Source: an uncultured Lachnospiraceae bacterium (lineage in GTDB: Bacteria; Bacillota; Clostridia; Lachnospirales; Anaerotignaceae). From it: a stretch of DNA of 64,000 nucleotides. Below, one piece after another: positions 59,476 to 64,000 of this stretch (positions are counted from its first letter, which is position 1; every line of letters starts with the position of its first letter). A program made the translations under genes and the position numbers. Where the stretch lies: positions 425-64,424 of the forward strand of contig CALWRB010000034.1 in NCBI GenBank assembly GCA_944383855.1, written 5' to 3'. The notes under the pieces were generated by a model. The model made no database searches. It saw only the letters and a list, made by a program, of their open reading frames with translations, and was not told the DNA's origin.

Positions 59476-60556
59476 TCGAAAAATCGTATTGGAGGACGGA
59501 CAGGAGTATCTCGGCTACGGGTTCGGCAGCAAAGCCGACCGCGTCTGCGAGATCGTATTCAACACCTCCATGGTTGGGTATCAGGAGATCATTTCCGACC
59601 CTTCCTATACCTATCAAATGGTCGTTATGACCTATCCTATCATCGGTAACTACGGTATCGCCGACGATGACTTTGAAACCAAAATCCCTACCATCGGCGG
59701 ACTGATCATACGCGATTATAACGACGAGCCCAGCAACTTCCGTTATACCAAAACGCTTTCCGAGATTATGGAGGAAAACAATATCCCGGGCATCTATGGC
59801 GTAGATACCAGAAAGATCACTCGCAGCATTCGTGATTTGGGCAGCCGAAAAGTGCTGATCACCTCTGCCGATACACCGCAGGAAGAAGCGATGGAAATTT
59901 TAAGACGTACGGAAGTGCCGAAAAACGGCGTCCCCACTGTCAGCTGCAAAAAGAAATGGTACTCCCGTACCACAAACCCGAAATTTAATGTCGTCGCCGT
60001 AGACTGCGGCATCAAACTCAACATCGTGCGCAGCTTAAACCGCAGAGGCTGCAATGTGACCGTCGTACCGTACAATACCACAGCGGAAGCTATCATGGGG
60101 ATCCACCCTGACGGCATTTTCCTCTCCAACGGACCGGGAGATCCGCAGGACGTTACCCCTGTCATCGAGTTGGTCAAACAGCTCAAAGGCAAATACCCTA
60201 TCTTCGGTATTTGTTTAGGGCATCAAATGATCAGCTTAGCCTATGGCGCAAAAACTTATAAAATGAAATTCGGTCACAGAGGCGGCAATCACCCCGTCAA
60301 AAATCTGAAAACCGGAAAAATCGAGATCACCAGCCAAAATCATAGCTATGCCGTAGATGCGGCATCTTTGAAAGGCACAGGGTTAACGGCAACACACATC
60401 AATCTCTTAGATCAGACCATCGAAGGCGTGGAAGATAAACAAAACCGTGTATTCAGCGTGCAGTATCACCCTGAAAGCGCGCCCGGTCCGCAGGACAGCA
60501 GCTACCTGTTCGATGAATTTCTGACACTGATGAAGGAGGCGAAACACAATGCCTAA
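59459..60556 (+). CDS. carA: Carbamoyl-phosphate synthase small (glutaminase) subunit
   Basis: Motifs GICLGHQ and QYHPE of a class I GATase; 365 aa. Confidence 0.95.
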   Translation: MQKQIDRKIVLEDGQEYLGYGFGSKADRVCEIVFNTSMVGYQEIISDPSYTYQMVVMTYPIIGNYGIADDDFETKIPTIGGLIIRDYNDEPSNFRYTKTLSEIMEENNIPGIYGVDTRKITRSIRDLGSRKVLITSADTPQEEAMEILRRTEVPKNGVPTVSCKKKWYSRTTNPKFNVVAVDCGIKLNIVRSLNRRGCNVTVVPYNTTAEAIMGIHPDGIFLSNGPGDPQDVTPVIELVKQLKGKYPIFGICLGHQMISLAYGAKTYKMKFGHRGGNHPVKNLKTGKIEITSQNHSYAVDAASLKGTGLTATHINLLDQTIEGVEDKQNRVFSVQYHPESAPGPQDSSYLFDEFLTLMKEAKHNA

Positions 60557-63500
60557 AAGAACGGATATCAAAAAAGTACTGGTCATCGGCAGCGGTCCGA
60601 TCGTCATCGGTCAGGCAGCCGAGTTTGACTATGCCGGCACACAAGCTTGTCTGGCATTGAAAGAGGAAGGTTATCAGGTCATTCTGGTCAATTCCAACCC
60701 TGCAACCATTATGACGGATACTTCCGTTGCGGATAAAGTATATATGGAACCGCTGACACTGGAATATGTGGCAAAAATCGTTCGTTACGAGCGTCCCGAT
60801 GCCATCGTTCCCGGCATCGGCGGTCAGACAGGACTGAACCTTGCCATGCAGCTTGCCAAAAAAGGCATTCTGCATGAGTGTCAGGTAGAACTGTTGGGTA
60901 CCAGCGCAGAAAGTATCGAACGCGCGGAGGATAGAGAACTGTTCAAGGAGCTTTGCGAGGAGTTGGGAGAACCCGTTTTGCCCTCTTTGATCACACACTC
61001 CATTGAGGAAGCGAAGCAGGCAGCCAAAAAAATCGGCTATCCTGTCGTACTGCGTCCCGCCTTTACACTGGGTGGTACCGGCGGCGGCTTCGCGGATAAC
61101 GATGAAGAGTTGGAAGAACTGATGAAAAACGCGCTGAAACTCTCCCCCGTCGGACAAGTTCTGGTAGAAAAAAGCATCAAAGGCTATAAAGAAATTGAAT
61201 ACGAGGTAATGCGCGATAAAAATGACACCGCCATTACGATCTGTAATATGGAAAATATCGACCCTGTCGGTATCCACACAGGTGACTCCATCGTCGTGGC
61301 ACCCAGCCAGACCTTGACAAATAAGGAATATCACCTGCTGCGTGACAGCGCACTGCGCATCATTCGCGCGCTGCAAATCGAAGGCGGCTGTAACGTACAG
61401 TTTGCATTGGACCCGCAGTCCTTCCAGTACTATGTCATTGAAGTAAACCCCCGTGTATCCCGTTCCTCTGCTCTGGCTTCCAAGGCAAGCGGCTACCCGA
61501 TCGCGAGAGTTTCCGCAAAAATCGCGGTCGGTATGACACTGGACGAAATCCAGATTGCCAATACCCCCGCTTCCTTCGAACCGACACTGGACTATGTGGT
61601 CACGAAAATGCCTCGTTTCCCGTTTGATAAATTTGCGACCGCTTCCAATAAGCTCAGCACGCAGATGAAAGCAACCGGCGAAGTCATGGCGATCGGTCGC
61701 ACCATCGAGGAGAGTCTGCTTAAGGCAACACGTTCTTTGGAAATCGGTGTCTGCCATCTGTATCTGCCTAAATTCGACTCTTACTCTGTCAAGGAATTGT
61801 TGGAGTATATCAAGATCGGCACCGATGACCGTATCTATGCCATTGCGGAACTGATCAGCAGAAAAGCCGACCTTGGTGTGATCTGCGATGTGACACAGAT
61901 CGATATGCTCTTTATCGAAAAAATCAAAGTCATTGTGGATTTTGAAACAGTGGTCAAAGAACATAAAGATGATCTGGATATTTTGCATCAGGCAAAACGT
62001 ATGGGATTCAGCGATGCCTACATCGCACATCTTTGGGGCGTTACCGAGGACGATGTTTATGCGCTGCGTAAAGCAAATCATATGTTCCCGGTTTATAAAA
62101 TGATCGATACCTGCGCCAGCGAGTTTGAAAGCTATATCCCCTACTTCTACTCCACATATGAAGAAGAAAACGAATCTGTCGTAGAAGATCGCAAAAAAAT
62201 CGTGGTACTGGGCAGCGGACCGATCCGTATCGGTCAAGGTGTAGAATTCGACTACTCCACCGTACACGCAGTTAAGACCATCAAAGAAAACGGCTATGAA
62301 GCCATTATCATCAACAATAACCCCGAAACAGTTTCCACCGATTACACCACCAGCGATAAGCTGTATTTTGAGCCGCTGACCGTGGAAGATGTCATGAATG
62401 TGATCGAACTGGAAAAACCCTTGGGTGTCATCGCCGCTTTAGGCGGACAGACCGCGATCAACCTGGCAGAACCTCTGATGAAACGCGGTGTGAAGATCAT
62501 CGGTACCGATGTGGCGGCGATCGAGCGGGCAGAAAACAGAGATTCCTTCGAAAAAATCATGGAAAAACTGGAAATCCCGCAGCCCAAAGGCCGCGCTGTC
62601 ACCAAAATCGAGGACGGTGTCGCAGCCGCGGCGGAGATCGGCTATCCTGTATTGGTACGTCCTTCCTACGTTCTGGGCGGCAGAGCCATGCAGATCGTCG
62701 GAAACGAAGAAGCACTGCGTCATTACCTGAAAAACGCGGTAGAAATCGACGAAGACAAACCCGTTTTGGTCGATAAATATATCAGCGGCAAAGAAGTGGA
62801 AGTGGACGCAGTCTGCGACGGTACTGACGTGTTTGTTCCGGGTATTATGGAGCATGTAGAGCGCACAGGGGTACATTCCGGCGACTCTATCTCCGTTTAC
62901 CCCACATTCAGTCTTTCTCACAAAGTAAAAGAAACCATTTTGGACTATACCAAAAAACTGGGGCTTGGTATCGGCATCATCGGACTGTATAATATCCAGT
63001 TTATCGTGGATAGTGAAGAAAACGTATCTGTTATCGAGGTCAATCCCCGTTCTTCCCGTACCGTTCCTTTCCTTTCCAAGGCAACGGGATATTCTCTTGC
63101 GGATATCGCAACTTTGGTTATCCTCGGCAAGAGCCTGAAAGAACAGGGCTTTACCGAAATCTATCCGAAGGAAAAAGACAAATGGTATGTCAAGGCGCCC
63201 GCCTTCTCCTTCTCCAAATTAAGAGGTCTGGACACCTACCTTTCCCCCGAAATGAAGTCTACCGGAGAAGCGATCGGCTACGATAAAACACTGACCAGAG
63301 CGCTTTATAAAGCACTGCAGTCTTCCGGCATGCATGTTGCCAACTACGGTACCATTCTGGTTTCCATTGCAGATAAGGATAAGGAAGCAGCTCTGCCCTT
63401 GATCCGCCGCTTCTATGAGCTTGGTTTCAATATCGAAGCGACCAGAGGCACCGCGATCTTCTTGAAAGAACACGGTATCCGTACCCGTATCAAAGGAAAA

Positions 63501-63728
63501 CTGAGCGAGGGCAGCGAAGAAATCCTGGATTGCCTGCGCCGTGGTTATGCAAACTATGTCATCAGTACCAGAGATATCAACTCCGCTGATGAAGAAAACG
63601 ACGGCTATATGATCCGCCGTTGTGCCGCGGAAAATAATGTCACGATGTTTACCGCACTGGATACCGTCCGCGTACTGCTCGATGTACTGGAAGAAACCAC
63701 ACTTTGCATCTCTACTATCGATTCGTGA
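60549..63728 (+). CDS. carB: Carbamoyl-phosphate synthase large subunit
   Basis: 1059 aa with two ATP-grasp halves ([21 protein letters not shown] and [21 protein letters not shown]) plus an MGS-like C-terminus. Confidence 0.96.
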   Translation: MPKRTDIKKVLVIGSGPIVIGQAAEFDYAGTQACLALKEEGYQVILVNSNPATIMTDTSVADKVYMEPLTLEYVAKIVRYERPDAIVPGIGGQTGLNLAMQLAKKGILHECQVELLGTSAESIERAEDRELFKELCEELGEPVLPSLITHSIEEAKQAAKKIGYPVVLRPAFTLGGTGGGFADNDEELEELMKNALKLSPVGQVLVEKSIKGYKEIEYEVMRDKNDTAITICNMENIDPVGIHTGDSIVVAPSQTLTNKEYHLLRDSALRIIRALQIEGGCNVQFALDPQSFQYYVIEVNPRVSRSSALASKASGYPIARVSAKIAVGMTLDEIQIANTPASFEPTLDYVVTKMPRFPFDKFATASNKLSTQMKATGEVMAIGRTIEESLLKATRSLEIGVCHLYLPKFDSYSVKELLEYIKIGTDDRIYAIAELISRKADLGVICDVTQIDMLFIEKIKVIVDFETVVKEHKDDLDILHQAKRMGFSDAYIAHLWGVTEDDVYALRKANHMFPVYKMIDTCASEFESYIPYFYSTYEEENESVVEDRKKIVVLGSGPIRIGQGVEFDYSTVHAVKTIKENGYEAIIINNNPETVSTDYTTSDKLYFEPLTVEDVMNVIELEKPLGVIAALGGQTAINLAEPLMKRGVKIIGTDVAAIERAENRDSFEKIMEKLEIPQPKGRAVTKIEDGVAAAAEIGYPVLVRPSYVLGGRAMQIVGNEEALRHYLKNAVEIDEDKPVLVDKYISGKEVEVDAVCDGTDVFVPGIMEHVERTGVHSGDSISVYPTFSLSHKVKETILDYTKKLGLGIGIIGLYNIQFIVDSEENVSVIEVNPRSSRTVPFLSKATGYSLADIATLVILGKSLKEQGFTEIYPKEKDKWYVKAPAFSFSKLRGLDTYLSPEMKSTGEAIGYDKTLTRALYKALQSSGMHVANYGTILVSIADKDKEAALPLIRRFYELGFNIEATRGTAIFLKEHGIRTRIKGKLSEGSEEILDCLRRGYANYVISTRDINSADEENDGYMIRRCAAENNVTMFTALDTVRVLLDVLEETTLCISTIDS

Positions 63729-63744
63729 TCAAAAGGAGGTCCTT

Positions 63745-64000
63745 ATGGTAAAACAATCTCTTTTTACCATTCTTTCTCATACCCGGCTGACCGATTCCAT
63801 GTATCGTCTGGTGCTGAGCGGAGATACTTCCGCCATCACCGCACCGGGTCAGTTTGTGAATATCAAGTTAGACGGCTTTTTCCTGCGCAGACCCATCTCT
63901 GTCTGCGATTATGACGAAACCACGCTGACACTGCTTTATAAAACCGTAGGCAAAGGCACCCGCTTTCTTTCCACGTTAAAAGAAGGCGAGGTGCTGGATA
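63745..64000 (+). CDS. pyrK: Dihydroorotate dehydrogenase electron-transfer subunit (PyrK), N-terminal fragment continuing past the window
   Basis: My translation from the ATG at 63745 (AAGGAGG upstream) is MVKQSLFTILSHTRLTDSMYRLVLSGD...GQFVNIKLDGFFLRRPISVCDYD, an FAD-binding beta-barrel of PyrK type (RRPIS motif). Confidence 0.8.
   Translation, partial: MVKQSLFTILSHTRLTDSMYRLVLSGDTSAITAPGQFVNIKLDGFFLRRPISVCDYDETTLTLLYKTVGKGTRFLSTLKEGEVLD

Noticed and set aside
1-64000. Scan for CRISPR arrays, IS/transposase or integrase genes, prophage or defence-system genes, tRNA and rRNA
   Set aside because: No spaced direct-repeat arrays, no recombinase-like ORFs and no cloverleaf-like or rRNA-like segments were seen. 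Apart from the items reported, the window looks like core chromosome.

Overview
This 64 kb window looks like a chromosomal segment from a spore-forming Firmicute, probably class Clostridia. The taxonomic call is inferred from gene content and operon styles. Coding density is high, and I saw no rRNA, tRNA, CRISPR array or mobile element.

Gene content in map order:
- dcw-cluster start (rsmH partial, mraZ).
- Pyruvate:ferredoxin oxidoreductase.
- A CDF metal exporter with a structured leader.
- dCMP deaminase.
- A 4-hydroxybutyrate-type CoA-transferase.
- A polar amino-acid ABC transporter.
- A ClC channel.
- An OmpR/histidine-kinase pair.
- addA with no adjacent addB.
- An nrdR / nrdDG neighbourhood.
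- YheO-like regulator and RidA, then prfC, an AEC transporter and an MBL hydrolase.
- An ~11.5 kb GntR-controlled TRAP-transporter / Zn-ADH / E1-E2-E3 lipoamide-complex catabolic island.
- A complete 10-gene de novo purine operon (purE-C-F-M-N-purO-B-H-D-L) behind a ZTP riboswitch.
- A divergent pyrC-carAB-pyrK pyrimidine operon.

Most interesting items:
1. An unlisted 59-aa Cys/Asn-rich tandem-repeat microprotein gene. It falls below the ORF-track cutoff and has an RBS and a terminator.
2. The TRAP / acetoin-dehydrogenase-like island, whose substrate cannot be assigned. Its E3 carries a duplicated lipoyl domain.
3. A ZTP riboswitch with a ~130-nt linker that contains a second, degenerate copy of the 3' subdomain.
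4. A candidate metal-responsive leader upstream of the CDF gene.
5. addA translationally coupled to an unknown 195-aa protein instead of addB.

All calls rest on reading the sequence and on recalled family motifs. No database search was run.
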